NCBI RefSeq assembly: GCF_902459465.1
Contig: NC_047079.1
Coordinates: 4,216,001-4,280,000, forward strand
DNA length: 64,000 bases
Direction: 5' to 3'
Source: Asterias rubens
Lineage: Eukaryota
Shown here piece by piece: positions 36,913-52,119 of the stretch. The first letter of the stretch is position 1. Each line of letters begins with the position of its first letter. Position numbers and translations under genes: made by a program. The notes under the pieces were generated by a model. It made no database searches and was not told the origin of the DNA. It worked only from the letters and a program-made list of their open reading frames with translations.

Positions 36913-37301
36913 AGGCAGTGGACACTATTGGTAACTACCCAAAATAATTATTAGCATAAAACCTTACTTGGTAATGAGTACATGTAATGGGGAGAGGTCG
37001 ATAGTAATTATTGTGAGAAACGGCTCCCTCTGGAGTAATGTAGTTTTCGAGAGAGAAGTTATTTTCTACGAAGTTGATTCCGAGACCTCAGATTTAAAAT
37101 TTGAAGTCTCGAAATCAAGCATAAGAAATCAAGCATAAGAAAGCACACAACCTCGTGTGACAAGGGTGCTTTTTTCTTTCATTATCTAGCAACTTCAACG
37201 ACCGATTGAGCTCAAATCTTCACACGTTTGTTATTTTATGCATATGTTGAGGTACACCAACTGTGAAGACCAACTGCAATTACCAATAGTGTCCAGTGTC
37301 T
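36913..37301. mobile_element. MITE family A copy
   Basis: TIRs and TTAA flanks. Confidence 0.85.
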
Positions 37302-38230
37302 TTAATGATCATTTTTTTAGAACTCCATTTACAAAACATTTCCTAGAAAATTATTTACAATCAGCCTCAATATGACAATAAGACGATCGTTGTGTTTGCG
37401 TTTAACTTTCCCGACATTTGTTGAGGCCTTATTTAAGACAGTTTCTCCGAAATTAGAGAATACAATGATTTCCTATTCAAGCCAACATTTTTAGTGCTTT
37501 TATATCACGATTCCTGCATAATTGTGCTTGGTAGAGAAGAATAAAGCAATATTAAAAGCAGCTCTATAAAAGTTTAACCTTACGTGCGTATAGCACGCCA
37601 TGTGGGGGTAAATTTTATTGAAAATGTTTGCGTAGATTACTTTGAAACAAATGTTTAAACAAGGTTTTTTTTTAAAAACATTTTGAGAAAGTTTCCCATT
37701 ACAGAAAGAATTGTGAATATATTACACTGCCGGTAATAATGATATTTGCTTGTATTCTCCATTATAAACCGCGGGCTAGATCAAAGTGAAAAATGAATTA
37801 AACTCTTTCACATAATAACATCACGAAAATACTATATTTTTGTACACTTACAAACTTTAGACAATAACTTGCAGACCATAATTCTGACTATACATCAATT
37901 TATTCTATTTTTACATAATTACAAAATAGTTACTCGACTATCTTTCAGACAAAATAAACTCTTTCCTAATTACAAACAATAGCAATACAAATTTTCTGTC
38001 GGATAAAATCTAAATCCCAAATATTAAAACATTAAGAAGCTAACGAGTCAGACGAAACAAATAAACAATTTTGTAAAATGTTTGGAGATACTTCTGGGTT
38101 TTCATCTCCTCAAGATAAAAAAAATGATTAACATTTACAAGCTATGTAGAAAATCAAGCGTGAATGAATACTCAAAGGTACGAAAGTTGTAGTGCGAAAC
38201 CTATCAAAATGGTCCAGTCCAATATGAAGC

Positions 38231-41200
38231 TCAACTTATTGCCTGTACAAGAAGAAAAAGCATGTATCAATTACACTACCCACAACAAAATTTAAATGAT
38301 CATAATTGCTCCAAGATTTTACAACAAATTTTTTAAAAAGTAAAATAAGCATTGGGCTTAGTTAACTTAGTCTCCACCCCCTACCTCCCCCCCCCCATGT
38401 TTTCTAACAGTGGACGTTTCCCGAACCAAGGACCTGAAAGTCCTCTTTTGTTAAAGGTCCCGGTTTGAATGTGTGCATTGTATACCTACTCACAGAAAAC
38501 ACGCAGGGCAGTCAGGTCAGCACAGTGGCTTCTGTCCCTGTCTTTCACCTCTGCGGACCCCAGGTCGATTCCAGGACATTGCATTAAGCCCGGTTCATAC
38601 TTCCTGAAAATCTGAATGCGTAGCGAATTTTGGTGACGCAACAATTGGTACGCGCTCCATTTCCCTTTGTGACGTGATGAAGTGCGCATCACACGAAGCA
38701 TTCGCAGGAAGTATGAACCAGTCTTTACACATATTTTGTTTAAAGTCCCTACCTGACTATCAGGTTCTACCCAGAAGAGGTTTTCCTCCCACGTCTAAAA
38801 CTGAAATTTCCTTGTGTCTTCTCCGCACACAATTTGTATGACGTTTAGAAATTCCCTACTAACTTGCCCAACCGCGGTTGTATGTCATTATAAACTTACC
38901 ACAGCATTTTCTAGGTTGATAAGTTTAGCAGTGGTGTCGCATAGTTGCTGGTCTTTTTCGCTCAGTTCCTGCAGAGAATAAAAAGTAGGTCAAAAATGAC
39001 TCTGACTAAACCTCAACAGCCCTGTATGTGACAGTGGGCTACATGACAACCGACGCATTTCATAGAGCCTGTCATGGTATGTATGTCTCAATCCTGACAT
39101 TTAAAAAAAACTTACCGCTTTTAAGCTTGACAATTCGTAACTCTTCCTCAGCATTTTGTCTTTCTGCGCTTTTTTCTTTCCATCCTTCTGCAAAATTATT
39201 TGTTAATAATCGTTAAAAATCATGCATATGATCAATAAATAGTTATATTCTTTAGGCCTATAGATTTATTCATGAATTTATTTCCTTTAATAATACACTA
39301 AAAAGAATATAAACCTTAATGGCAATGGACACTATTGGTAATTACTCAAAATAATGATCAGCATAGAACCTTACTTGGTAACGAGTAATTGGGAGAGGTT
39401 GATGGTATCAAACATTGTGAGAAACGGCACCCTCTGAAGTGACATAGTTTTCAAAAAAGAAGTAATTTGTACATGAATTTGATTTCAAGACCTCGGATTT
39501 AGAATTTGAAGTCTCGAAATCAACCATCTTAACGCACACAACTTCGTGTGACAAGGTTGTTTTTTCTTTCATTATTATCTCACAACTTCGTTGACCAATT
39601 GAGCTCAAATTTTCACAGGTTTGTTATTTTATGCATACAATGTTGAGATACACCATGAAAAGCCTAGTCTTTGACATTTACCAATAGTGTCCTGTGTCTT
39701 TAAGTCTCCACAATGTGTGGACACATTTAAGTCCACATAGTGTTTCAAGTCTCTACATTATGTAAACATCTTTTGTTCTCAGGTCCAAACTTTCTCTGTT
39801 ATGCCTGCCCACATTGTGTAAACACAATATCAGGCCTAAAGCTTGTTCAATGGTCAGCTAAATCATAAACAATTTACCAACTATAATGATCCATTATATA
39901 GGCCTATTATCAAATCAAATAATCTATACAAAAAATATACAAAATTTAGCAAGTTACTGGGTAATTGTTAAATGTTTATTATAAAAGTTAAAAATACTAA
40001 CAAATACTTAAAAAAAAAGCTGTAAACCAATATATAAGGACAGAATACAAGAATTCAAAGACACATAATGTGCACAATTTGGCACAATTCAATTAAAGGA
40101 AAGCATACATTATAAGATACACAGCCAATCAAAGTACATGTACATGTATACAGGTAATGTAAGAAAGAGCACATGAATGAGAGATCTGCAAGCTAAAAAT
40201 AAAATGGTTAACAATTTTAAAAAAATTTCTGAGCAAAAAAAAAAAAAAAAGGCAAAAATCAAAATAAGGAAGTCGGATTAAAATAGAAATAATGCCATGC
40301 ATGTAATACAATCATTACAAAACAAACAAATTCAAACAAACAAATTCAAAAATTATTATACAATTATATAATGAAGTTACACAAAAGTACAAGTTATACG
40401 AGCAAAAAGAAGACTTAATATTACAAATAAACGAACGAACCAACACGAAATAGAACGTGAAACCAATGTCAAAAAATCAACAATTAAATGATACCCTTTC
40501 AATGCAATATAAATCAATAAAGTTTTTTCTTTAATCAAAAAGAAAAAGAAAATTACCTTAATTTTGGTCATTTCATCCTCGTAGCAGTTATGCTTTGGCC
40601 ACGTCTGCTTGTTATTTTTATCATCATTCTCCAAATGGAATGTCTGTCAACGGAAAAGTCACGAAAAATTATAAATAAATAAACAATAATAAATCCAATG
40701 TCTCCCATTGCTTACAAATCTGAGTACAAATCTGATAATGGGTCATACTTTTGACCGCATGAGGGCGCTCTCAATCACTTCCGGGGGTATATTTGGTCAT
40801 TCATACTCAAAACAGTTGTTAAAGATTGGAACACATTACCACCACAGACATCTAATCAATCGCGGACAATGTGACTTTTTAAGGAGCCGTTATAATCCAC
40901 CTCTAAAGCAAATGGAAACTACGGCGCAACAAAAGTGACTGAACGCCTACGCAGGGCGAATCGCGTATTCCATCCGGAAGTGATCAAAAATACTATTTAT
41001 AGCGCCCTCGCGCAGTCAAAAGTAAGGCGCATTGGGAAGAGACGGAACCAAGTAGAAAAAGCAACCAACCTTTTTACTCTTGATGGCTCTATTTAGTTGT
41101 CTCTCCTGGTCTAAGCTTTCTCGGGTTCTTTTCAACGTCTCACGTAAATAGTGAGCCTCCTCGGATCGCCCACGAAGATCGTTCTAAGATGGAAGGAGAA

Positions 41201-44200
41201 CAGACAATAAGATTCAACAAATAAATTTATAACAAATTGACAATGAAAATTTGACTCGAACGGATTTGAACCAAAGGTGTCCAAAGAGTAAAATGTAAAA
41301 TGACCACAACGGCAAGCCACAGGGGATGTGTTCAAACAGATGGACGGACAACAAACAAAACAATTCAGAAACATTACTATTAACTTTCTAAAAACCAATC
41401 GCACTTTTAAACATAAGCTGGAAGAAAGTAATTAGTAGGGACAACAAAAGAATAATAATATACATTCTAAAGGGCAATAAAAAACTAGAGATCCTTAACA
41501 CAAGTAATGTTTTACCAGGAATCTACACTTATTATCATTTTGTGTGATATTTCTTTTTATTTGAGATCTACAGACAGCAACTTCTAGATTAGGGATTAAC
41601 ATAACTTTCTCCACCTTCTCCTGGCGCTGAAATAGGAAATTATCCTGTCCAATGAAGGATTATCAAAAAAGCCAGTAAACTATAATTGTAGTCACTCACA
41701 GCGAGAGTCTCCACCTGCGTAGCTTTCTCATTGGCCAGCCTCTCAGCCAATCGCAGCTTCTCTAAATCCTTCTCGTAATCCTTGAGTAGCTCATCTTTCC
41801 TATCCAGCCTCTGGTTCAGTGTGCGCAGACGACTCGCTATCAACTCGTTGGTGTTGGCACGCTCACCGTCGAGTTTCTCTCGCTCGTCTCTTGGTAGGTG
41901 ACCCATTGACTCTTGACCTGCGACCTCACCAAGACTCAGCAGATTGGCAACTGACTTGGCTAGCTTGAGATACTGGGGACAGATGAAATTGGTATTGATT
42001 GTAAAAAAGCAATAGTGCCAAATCAAAAATCAAAAGAGCAGTATTATAAAATGTGTAGAAGAGTTTCCTGTTTATCGTGCCCTCCAAAAATAAAATCGTT
42101 CGCAATAAAAAAAAAAAGGTTTCCCTCAAAATATTTGAGCAAAATATTAATTTCAAGGGTTAGAAATTATATTTGAAGGGAACAAAATATTTCAAGGATA
42201 TGGTGACATAGTAATTAAACGAAAAATGTGTCCACAGGCTTTGCACTTCTGTGTGACGGTTTAATGTTCCCTTCTTTAGGCATACTCTGAACGATAAGAG
42301 TAATCACTTTACAAGAAATGTCAACTTGCTGATAAGTTTACAACGTCTGGTAGAAGAGTGTTGATATAACTTAACACAGTAAAGAAATCACAAAACGATA
42401 ATCTGAAATACTCACCGACTGTTCGCTGATTTCCAGACTATGTTGCATTTCTACCCGAGCACTACGCTCGATCGCAGCGTCGGACGACGCCGTTGAGATT
42501 TGCCCGCGAGCCTTGGCGACCTCTCGGTCCAGCAGGGCCTCGGGGTTGGCTCCTTGGTCGATGATCTGGGCCTGCTTGGCTCGCATCTCGGCTAGTTCCT
42601 TCTTGAGGAGGATCACCTGTTGAAGAGCTTGGTCTTGGGTGGGTACTGAGGAGAGCAACAATGATCTCAAACCGTTTTACTTCCATCTTTGGTGATAATT
42701 GTATCGGGGGAAAATGTATTTTTTGGGGGATTTCTCACTCTGATATTTCCGCTTAATCAGCAAATGCTGCTGAGCATTTTTCTGAGCATTTTTTCACACA
42801 TGAAATAGTTTTTTAGCTGGTAACCTTAACATGATCAGGTGAGTGTTTTTTTGGCGGTAGGCTGTTAGATCTCTTTTGAGAAGTGGTGGTTCTGAGAAGA
42901 GGTGGTTATTTGTTTGACAACTCAACGTTTTGATCAGTATGCTGTGATCGTCTTCAGGAGGTCACGTGTCAGTTTACCACAAGAAACACTGACCTGATTG
43001 TACTCCCGCCTTGAAAAATTTCAAAATCCTACTTAACCCTAGAATAGCAAGCATAATTTTGTTGTATTATTTTTGTTTTTTACCAATAAACACTGATGTG
43101 TGTAATAGCACTATATACTCGGTATTTTCCCGAGGTCTGTGAAAAAAATTACAGGCATATATATATATAGTATATATTTCTTGAAAAAACCAACAGCGGA
43201 CGAGGCGTCAATTACAGGAAAGGATAATACACAACTAAAAATATTCATATAGCCTATATAAAATATTATGTATATGTACACCAAAAAAAACAATTAAAAA
43301 AGAAACATCTTAGGAAAGAAAATTAAAGCAAACATTGAAGATTAAATAAATTAAAATTGGTAACAGAAACAAATAATCATATTACTCAGGTGGAATTTGT
43401 TTTGTTGTGCTATGCTACTTTCTGGGCCCAATTTCATAGAGCTGCTAAGCAAAACAATTTGCTAAGCATGACATTTTTGCTTTCATAATACAGGTTTTCC
43501 AACTAAATTTCCATGTGGTTTTCAGGATAAGCCAACAACAGCTGAATACCAGTAACAGGCAATATCCATCAAATGGAAGTTTTGTTGGTAATCCTGTTTT
43601 TATCAAGGAAGACATTTCATGCTAAGCAAATTTTAGTGCTTAGCAGCTCTATGCAATTGGGCCCTGTACTTCAGCAGCTCTAGAAACCAGTCCTTATACA
43701 GTTTATTTCCAATTGTATGGTCAACTTAAGTGGAACAGAGTAAATTTGAGCAACAAAGGAGAAAGATTTAAACATACATGGAGGTCTATTTGATTCCATT
43801 CCTTTGATACGTGACCTCAACTCAGCGAGGGCTTCGCGTTGTCTCGCGATGACTTGAGAGTGTCTCTCCCCGCGACACTGAGCTCCAAAAGCCGACATCT
43901 CGCTGGTGATCATTCCCTGAAACATCAAAGATAAACCATGATAAATTTATGAGAGTTATATGCACTCGGTCGAACCAAGTTGGCTTCTCAATGTGGATTA
44001 TTAATAATCAGCCTTTTGTTAAGCATCTGAAAGCACGCGTTTGTGCAATAAGGGTGTTTTTTGTTTCATTATTCTCTTGCGGATATGATGACCAATTGAG
44101 TCAAAATTTTCACAGGTTTGTGAAATATTTTATGCATATATTGGGATACACCAAGTGGGAACACTGGTCTTTGACAATAGGAGACTTTCCAACGCTAGGT

Positions 44201-47200
44201 GGCAGCAGACATACCGGGTAAATTTCCATTGTTTACGTAGTTCTGAACATGCGCATAATTCTGAGAACAATGGATTTACCCGGTAAGTCTGCTGCCCTCT
44301 ATCGTCCCTGAAAGTCTCCCATTCCCAAAGACGTCCTGCAGCTGATTTCACGAATCTCGAGTTAGGACAAGTAAGTCAACCTGAACTTAGGATGGGTTCA
44401 ATGCGTCCTAACGTCTTTGGATAGAGAGCTTAACTCGTCCTTAGTCCTAAGATTAATCCCCAAGTTCAGAAGAGTTAAAACACATGTTCTTACTGGAACC
44501 CTAACAATCTTCAGAACTGGAAATCATGGGGCTGTGAGTCCTAAACTTACTTCTTGCTGGACCTGCTCCAGGGCTCGTTTGCTGTTCTCCTGCTCATGAT
44601 TAAGCTGCCCCTGTATCTTCGCCAACTCATCCCCTCGCATCAACGATTCTTGCTTGTGTTTGGAAACCAACTCCTTCTGACCACTGTTGAAATCAGAAAA
44701 AAGGAAATCGATGCAAGATCTTCTTTGAATTGTCATGCATAAAAACAAAAGTATGTCTAGTGTGTGGATGAAAACAGATTAAGGGTCACGTTTAACCGGT
44801 TAAAAGATCAGCTGTAAAAAAACTCTTGTTTGTGTTTGGACACCTTTCAACAAAAATGTCTCCGCTGCTAAAACATAGGGTTCGAACTGCCTCTAGCTAA
44901 CATGCTAGCTCGGAGGTCTAGTGGTAAGACATCTGCTGTTGCAACGCAATGGTTGTGGGTTCATATCCCAATTTGCCTGTGGATTTGTTTTCACAGAACT
45001 TGGGGAAAAGTAACAAGTATACAGTTATCAGCACAAATCGGTGTAAGGAAAAAAACAAATAACATTTTTTAACCCCGATGCAAAACTAAGATCCAATTGT
45101 GCGTTTAACCTTAAAAACTACCTGTAAAGAATTTGTACCTATTGGTTGCCATATTGTGCATTCATTTCAATGTTGTTGTTTTTATGAAATAAACTAATAA
45201 ATATAATATAATATTTAAGAAAAATGTCTCAGAAAAAAGTTTATTCTTACCCGAGATCCTTGATTAACCTCTCTATCTCGCTCGTCTTCTTGTCAACGAG
45301 TTCTGAGAGTTTGACGAGCTGCTGCCTCTGAGTGGTCAGCTCGGCATCTTGGTCTCGTATCAACACTCGGTTGTTTTCGAGTTCCTCTTTCTGTCGCTCG
45401 TTCAGCTCACCGGTCATATCGGAGAGGCGCGCAGACGCACCTGCCAGGTCCCGCCGGAGGCCGAGGATAATATCTTGTTGGTTTTGGACCTCCTTCTTTA
45501 TATCAGAGTTTTCCCGCCTAAAATTTGTGGGAAAGGACGAAAAGATTAAGCATATTTGTAGATTTACTGTGATGTTGTGGTAGCAAGTTATATGGTGTAT
45601 TTTAAATTAATAAAAGTTTGAAAACAGAGGTTAAAGGTTGAGCTTACTTGAGCAGGACGATGAGCTGTTCCATGCCTTTGACATCTGCGGCCGGTTGCTG
45701 GACTATGACTTGTTTAGGAGGTAGTTGTGGCTTACTAGCTTGCTGCTGGAACTTCAACAACGTCTCCTGAGACCTCTTGGTTTGCTCTGAAAGGGAAAAA
45801 AGAAATTGAAAAGTCAATCAAATTATAATAACTAGGTTATAATAATAAGACAAGAAGAAGCAGTTTTTATATAGCGCATTTTACATTAACCACATCAATG
45901 CGCCTTACATAGTGCCCTGGTCATTGGGCCAATAACATCCCTTTACTCTTTCTCAGCTCCCTGGGGAGTACACAGCCCTGAGCTGCCAGGGCTCTCATGT
46001 GGATTTTTTCATACACAATATAAAACTGTTCCTTGCAGGTACCCATTTATACCCCTTTATCATAATTGCTTCTCTCCACCTAGGAGTACAATAGGGTTAC
46101 CGACAAGGGCTGAGAATGGACTGGCATCCTGTCCAGGGGGAATACAAATATTCAGAATGCTGTTGAAACCGAATAAAAACACCGACCTGACGAGCCATTT
46201 TGGCTCGTTACAGACTTTACTTTTAGTTTATATCAAGAGGTCTAGCATTCTCATCTTACCTGAGAGTTTCTGTTGTAGTTCAACTACCTTGGCCTGACCC
46301 TTGGCCAAGTCTTTCCCGGATTTGATGATCTTATCCTCCAAGGCCACGATGGTCAGAGAATGTTGTTTAATCTGCTCTCTGAACGCTCCCGTCTCCGTCA
46401 AGTGTTGTCTCTCCGTTGTGGCCATCTTGTCTTGTAAGACGCTCAACTCCGATTGATACTTCTCATTGAATGAGGTCAATTCGTCACTCAGCCTCTTCTG
46501 TCAGAGTTATAAAAGAGAGTATTTTTAAAGACACTGGACACTATTGGTAATTGACAAAGACCAGTCTTCTCACTTAGTGAATCTCAACATATCCATATAA
46601 TAACAAACCACCTTTGTAAAACAAAGTTGTGTGCTTTCAGATGCTTGATTTCGAGACCTGACAAGCAAATTTTGAGGTCTCGAAATCAACTTTGTGAAAA
46701 TTACTCCTTTCTCGAAAACTATGTCAGGAGGGAGCCGTTTCTCACAATGTTTTATACTATCAACCTCTCCCCATTGCTCGGTACCAAGTAAGGTTCTATG
46801 CTAATAATTATTTTGAGTAATTACCAATAGTGTCCATTGCCTTTAAAGGCACTTGACACTTTTGGTAATTACTCAAAAATATATATATAGGCATAAAAAC
46901 CTACTTGGTACAGAGAGCTGATGATAGTACAAAACATTGCGAGAAACAGCTCCTTCTGAAGAAACGTAGTTTATGAGAAAAAGGTAATTTCTCACATTTG
47001 AATCCAAGAAAGACTTCTGGTCTGAAGACTTTTTGAGGAATCTGCACAAGGGTGTGTTTTCTGTCATTAGGCAAATTTTCAGATTTGTTACTTTATGCAT
47101 AAGTCAGCCGCTTTCAATAGTACAAACATGACCACCTTTTGCAACATAATTTTCACAGACTTTATGCAAATCTGCTCCATGAGTTAGTTACACCAATGGG

Positions 47201-50200
47201 TATTTTATAACCCAACATTCCCTGATCCTGTTTTCTGCTCCGTCTAAACTTACCTCAGCTGCTGCAGACTCCCGTAATCTCTCCTCATATTGCCTTTCAA
47301 GAGATTCCAGCTTTCCTTCTGTTGAGTTTTTCTCCGTCATCGCCTAAAGAAAATTTAAAATAGCGAAATACAAAGAAAAACTAACTAATTTGGGTCTTTG
47401 TTTCTGTATGAGCACGTCGCAGAAAACATAATTGGCATTTAAAAAACCAATGGCACATAATAATGTATACACATCAGACGGCAGAAACACTACAGCGAAA
47501 CCTTCCTCATAGGGATACTGGGCTCTTTTCCATGCATTCACGATAAATAGAATGCATTTTATATAATAGATGTTAAATTTGCATCGGGGGTGTTAAGAAT
47601 GTTAATTTTGTTTTTTACCCATACACCGATGTGTATTAGCACCCCCCCCCCCCCCCCCCCCCCCCCCCCGAGTCCTGTAAAAAAATATCACAGGCATTAC
47701 TCGGGTGGGATGCATTTTGTTTGTGCATTGGCACACTCTGTTAAAACTAGTTTTCCTTTTTCTGAAATCTGGTTTTCCGTTTTTCCATATGAGTTAAGCA
47801 CAAGAGCTTTTTTTAACTTTCGTCTTTTTAGGAAAAAGTGGAAGGTCAACAGGCATTTTGATACTGCCAGTTGTGTGGATACTATGAGAGTTTCGATACA
47901 AGAGCGCAGCCAAGTAGCTCTACCAAGTTGGATTGGAACTCATTCTGTACCTGTCTGAGCTCTTGAATCACGGCTTCTTGTTGTTTCACTCTCTTTGTCT
48001 GCATCTTCAGAGCGTTCTCTCTCTTGACCAGCTCCTCTTGGCGTACCTCATCAAGCGTCGTCTGGAGCTTCTTATCGGCTGGAACGAAAGTTATAAGATA
48101 ATAATAATTAGCCTTTCCGACGCTTGGGAAATATCTTTTCAACATCCTCATCTCCTGTGGAGTATACAGCACCAACAGCTATATGGGAGCGCGGTTTGCT
48201 GTTCATTCACATCACATCAGTAACATCTAACCTTGCAAGTACTCAATATACTCCTGGGCGAAGGGAAGAAATTAAGTTGTTCAGGAATGGGGATGGCAAA
48301 AATAAACGCAACGCATTCTATAATCATAATGACAGGCATTTAATTGATTTATAGGATTATAGGATTCAAAGCACTTTGAACAAGACAGAAAACAATTTGT
48401 TTTTTTTAGAGATACAGCAAACCAGGTAGGAAGAGAAACTCAGAAATTCTTTTAAGGAGCTCTCCCATAATGCCAATAAGATGAAGGATGTAAAGAGGGT
48501 AAAATATTAACTTTAAAGGCTGTGGGGGACACTAAAAAAGAGGGAGGGAAAAACGAGAACAAAGAGATAAATTGTTGTTACCTTCAAGTCGAGTCTTCTC
48601 TAGTTCATCAGCCAGTTTAGTTTCGTATTCGCTCTTGAGACGTCCAACTTCTTGGCTCGTATCGCTCTTCAATGTCTTCTCCAGTTTGTTAAACTTTGAC
48701 TGGACTTCCGCCGCCTCTTTCTGCGCAACCTCCTTTGCCGATTTCAGATTGTTAATGAAAGCAGCCAGACCTAGACGGAATGCAAAGAAGGCGTAAGTTT
48801 GTGTGATACAATTTTTTGAGCATCTCCTACTAAAACATTATGCAGAAGAAAATCTGAATCTTTTTAGGAAGTTACGTTGTTTAAAACAGGGGAAAGTAAA
48901 GAGCACACAGTTCTAACACAAATATAATTATTTAGGCCCAACAAAAGTCAGTTTTCAGAAAGAAAAAAAAGAAGGTTTTTACCCTGTCCGGGAGTGTTGA
49001 CATCTACACCGCACTTCTCCAATACATTCTCATACTCCTGTTGCCATGACAACTCATCCTGTAGCATCATAGCAACGGTGTCTTTAACTCCTTGGAGGCT
49101 CTCGTCCACGGTGACCGATGATAGGAGTTTGATCTCGTTGCGGAGGTGGGTGCAAGTCCTACCCCCGTCTTGGAGACGTTTCTAAAAATTAAACCAGAGT
49201 TGTTCTCATCAATAAACAAATTATTGCCCAGTTCTTGCTAAAATTGACTAAGCTGCTTAGTTGATTTCACTTGTACATTTAGTTTGCGTTAACACCATGG
49301 GTATATCTACTTTCTGGGTAGATTATGTAACTAACGCAGAGTAGACTTTTCGGATTTCACTATTAAAAGTTCAAAGAGGGTGTTTCGCCATGATCAAAGC
49401 AGGCCTTTGCTTAAATATTGAGTACAAATTTTCTGCTAAGCAGAAATGAACAGGATACCAGTCACAAAATTACACATGTGAGTTTGTAGTTTGGCGGGTA
49501 ACCTTGTTCTGGTAAGCAAAAATTTCATTACCTCCAACGAAACCATCTGCTGCTTGAGCGTCTTCCCGTGGGTCTTGGAATCTTTCTTGTAAGCTTCCAG
49601 ACCCTTGTTGATCTCCTTCAAATCCCGGAGTTTATTCCTGACATCCGTTCTGTCGTCAATCACTTTCTTCATCGTCTCGACGATGGTGTCGTCGCTGACA
49701 TCGGCGTCTTGGTCCGGCATCTTGAACCCGGGAGTGGAAAATGTTGTCTGCATGACGCGGGTGCGGAAGCGCTCCAACTAGGGAGGGGGGGGAGGGGAGG
49801 AATTGTCTAGAGTAAATGTTTGTGCTGGCTGAATCTACAATCGTTTCACAATCCTTTCACAATCGATGGACTGTGTAAGCCTCCACCCATTGTGTACATG
49901 ATCTATGTATGGAGGTGTTTATCAAGAAATTAGTCTCTAAAGTGTCAAGTTTTAAAGGCCATGTCATGAATCCCTACTCACTGTGAATGAAGATGTATAT
50001 CATGTAATTTACCCGAAGTTTCAGCTGTATAAGTCAGCAAGTTTATGAGAAAAAAAAAGTGGAAAGGAGACGCGCATAAATCAGTTGTAGATGCTAAAAT
50101 AATGTTTGTGAAATTGTTTAAACTCATTTCTCAAAAACTACAGCACCTCAGGAAACTTTCTAAAATCATTATCTTTGAATGTAAATATTTTTAATGTAAA

Positions 50201-52085
50201 TCTGTTGACATTTGTCTTTTGTGCTGTACAAAAAGGACCAAAACCCTTTACAACAGAATGTAAGATTGTTTCAATTTTAAAAGTAGAAAATATGGATCTT
50301 TTGTTCTTACCCTTTTCTGCATTTGCTCAACATCAGCCTTGGCCGTCTTCTCCAGCCTCTGGATGTCAAGAAATTGTGTCTTGGCGTGGTCCCTCTCTGA
50401 TTTATACTTCTCCTCCGTCTAGAATTGATCAAATCCAACAAATTCAAACAGGGAAATACGCCTGGTAATCACCTGTTAAAGCATTGGACTCTATTGGTAA
50501 TTACTCAAATGGTTATTATCATAAAACCTTACTTAGTAACGAGTAAAGGGGAGCTGTTGATAGTATAAAACATTGTGAGAAACGGCTCCCTCTGAAGTAG
50601 GGTAGTTTTCGAGAAAGAAGTCATTTTCATCGAATTATATTTTGAGACCTCATAATTATTTAGAGTTTGAGGTCTCAAAATCAAGCATCTGAAAACACAC
50701 AACTTCATGTAACAAGTGTGTTTTTGCTTTCATTAATATCTCGCAACTTTGACGACCGATTGAGCTCCAATTTTCACAGGTTTGTTATTTTATGCATATG
50801 TTGAGGTACACCAACTGTGATGACAAGTCTTTGACAATTACCAATAGTGTCCAGTGTCTTTAAATTACGCCAATAAAAATTCACTTGGTTAGAAGTAGGC
50901 TACAGCAGCTTTTGACAGTATCACAAATTTTGAAAATACATTTAAAAATTAAAGTAATGTCGTTAAGGAACAATTTGTTTTTTTGTTTTTTTTTGCCCCA
51001 AAGCTTTTGAATATGAGAAACATTTCTGTCAGTTGCATTTTTCAGATTTTGGATTTCAATAACTGATTATTCTCCCTGTGCGGAAATATCCACTCTGGAT
51101 TTTCAGCGATATCTCAACAATGGCGCAATCATTTGAAATGAAATTGTCAATTTTATTGTGTAGGCCTATCTCCATTTTTGAAAACCAAAGGTATACGTTC
51201 CCTAAAATTGTTGGTTTGGGTCGACAAGTTAGATTTGAATTTAAGCTATTTCGATACATTCAAGAAAATTACAAGCATTCATTTAATTTATTGCACAAAA
51301 CATCCACCAATGATTAATGGTAGCAGAATGATTTACACATCTTTTTCAATAAACTTGCGATTTAAAAAAAACAATGACCTCTTTTTCTTCAAGGATGTGT
51401 TTCTTCATCTTCTGGATGTCCTCTTTGTGAGCCGCAATCTCATGAGTCAGCTCACCCACCTTGGTCTCAGAGGCTCGTAGTTTCTATTAACGAAACAAAA
51501 GCACAAAAATACAGTCAAATTAAATGCCAAACGAGTAACTTAATCATAAGTGATGTGATCAAGCAAAATGAGTTGTTAGTTGAACTAGGTCATTTCAATT
51601 CTTTTTATTCATTTGAAAGGAGCATTATCAAGGCTGTAATACTGTTCCAGCCCAATGTTACTACCACCTTTGGTCAACAAGTTTTGAGAGTAAAAACACC
51701 AGTAGATATTGCTACGCCAAAAAATTGAGTTGCCACCGGTCGCAACAATGTTAAGTTAGGGAATGTTGGCTGGTTAATTATCTGTTTCTTCTAAGCAAGT
51801 TTGTTCTGTGCTTAGCAAGTTGTTGTGCTTACAGGCTTTATGAAATTAGGCTCAGGAAGGTACAAGCTTACATTTTTATGAGCAAGCCAATAAGAGGGGT
51901 TAGGGTAGGAAGAGATGACTGTAAGTAAGGCAACATATAAATTTGAGGATGACTCTATAGAAATGTTTTGCGGTAACACATGGATGTAATGACTATCTCT
52001 AATGAGTTGGGGTGGTTCTGAAAAGAACCGTTGGTTTCAACTCGACGTTTCGATCAGTTATGCTCTGATCATCTTCTGGAGAAAG

Positions 52086-52119
<34 letters not shown>

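Noticed and set aside
47590-47958. Proline-rich 122-aa ORF
   Set aside because: The prolines come from a poly(C) tract (47642-47669), antisense within an FHAD1 intron.
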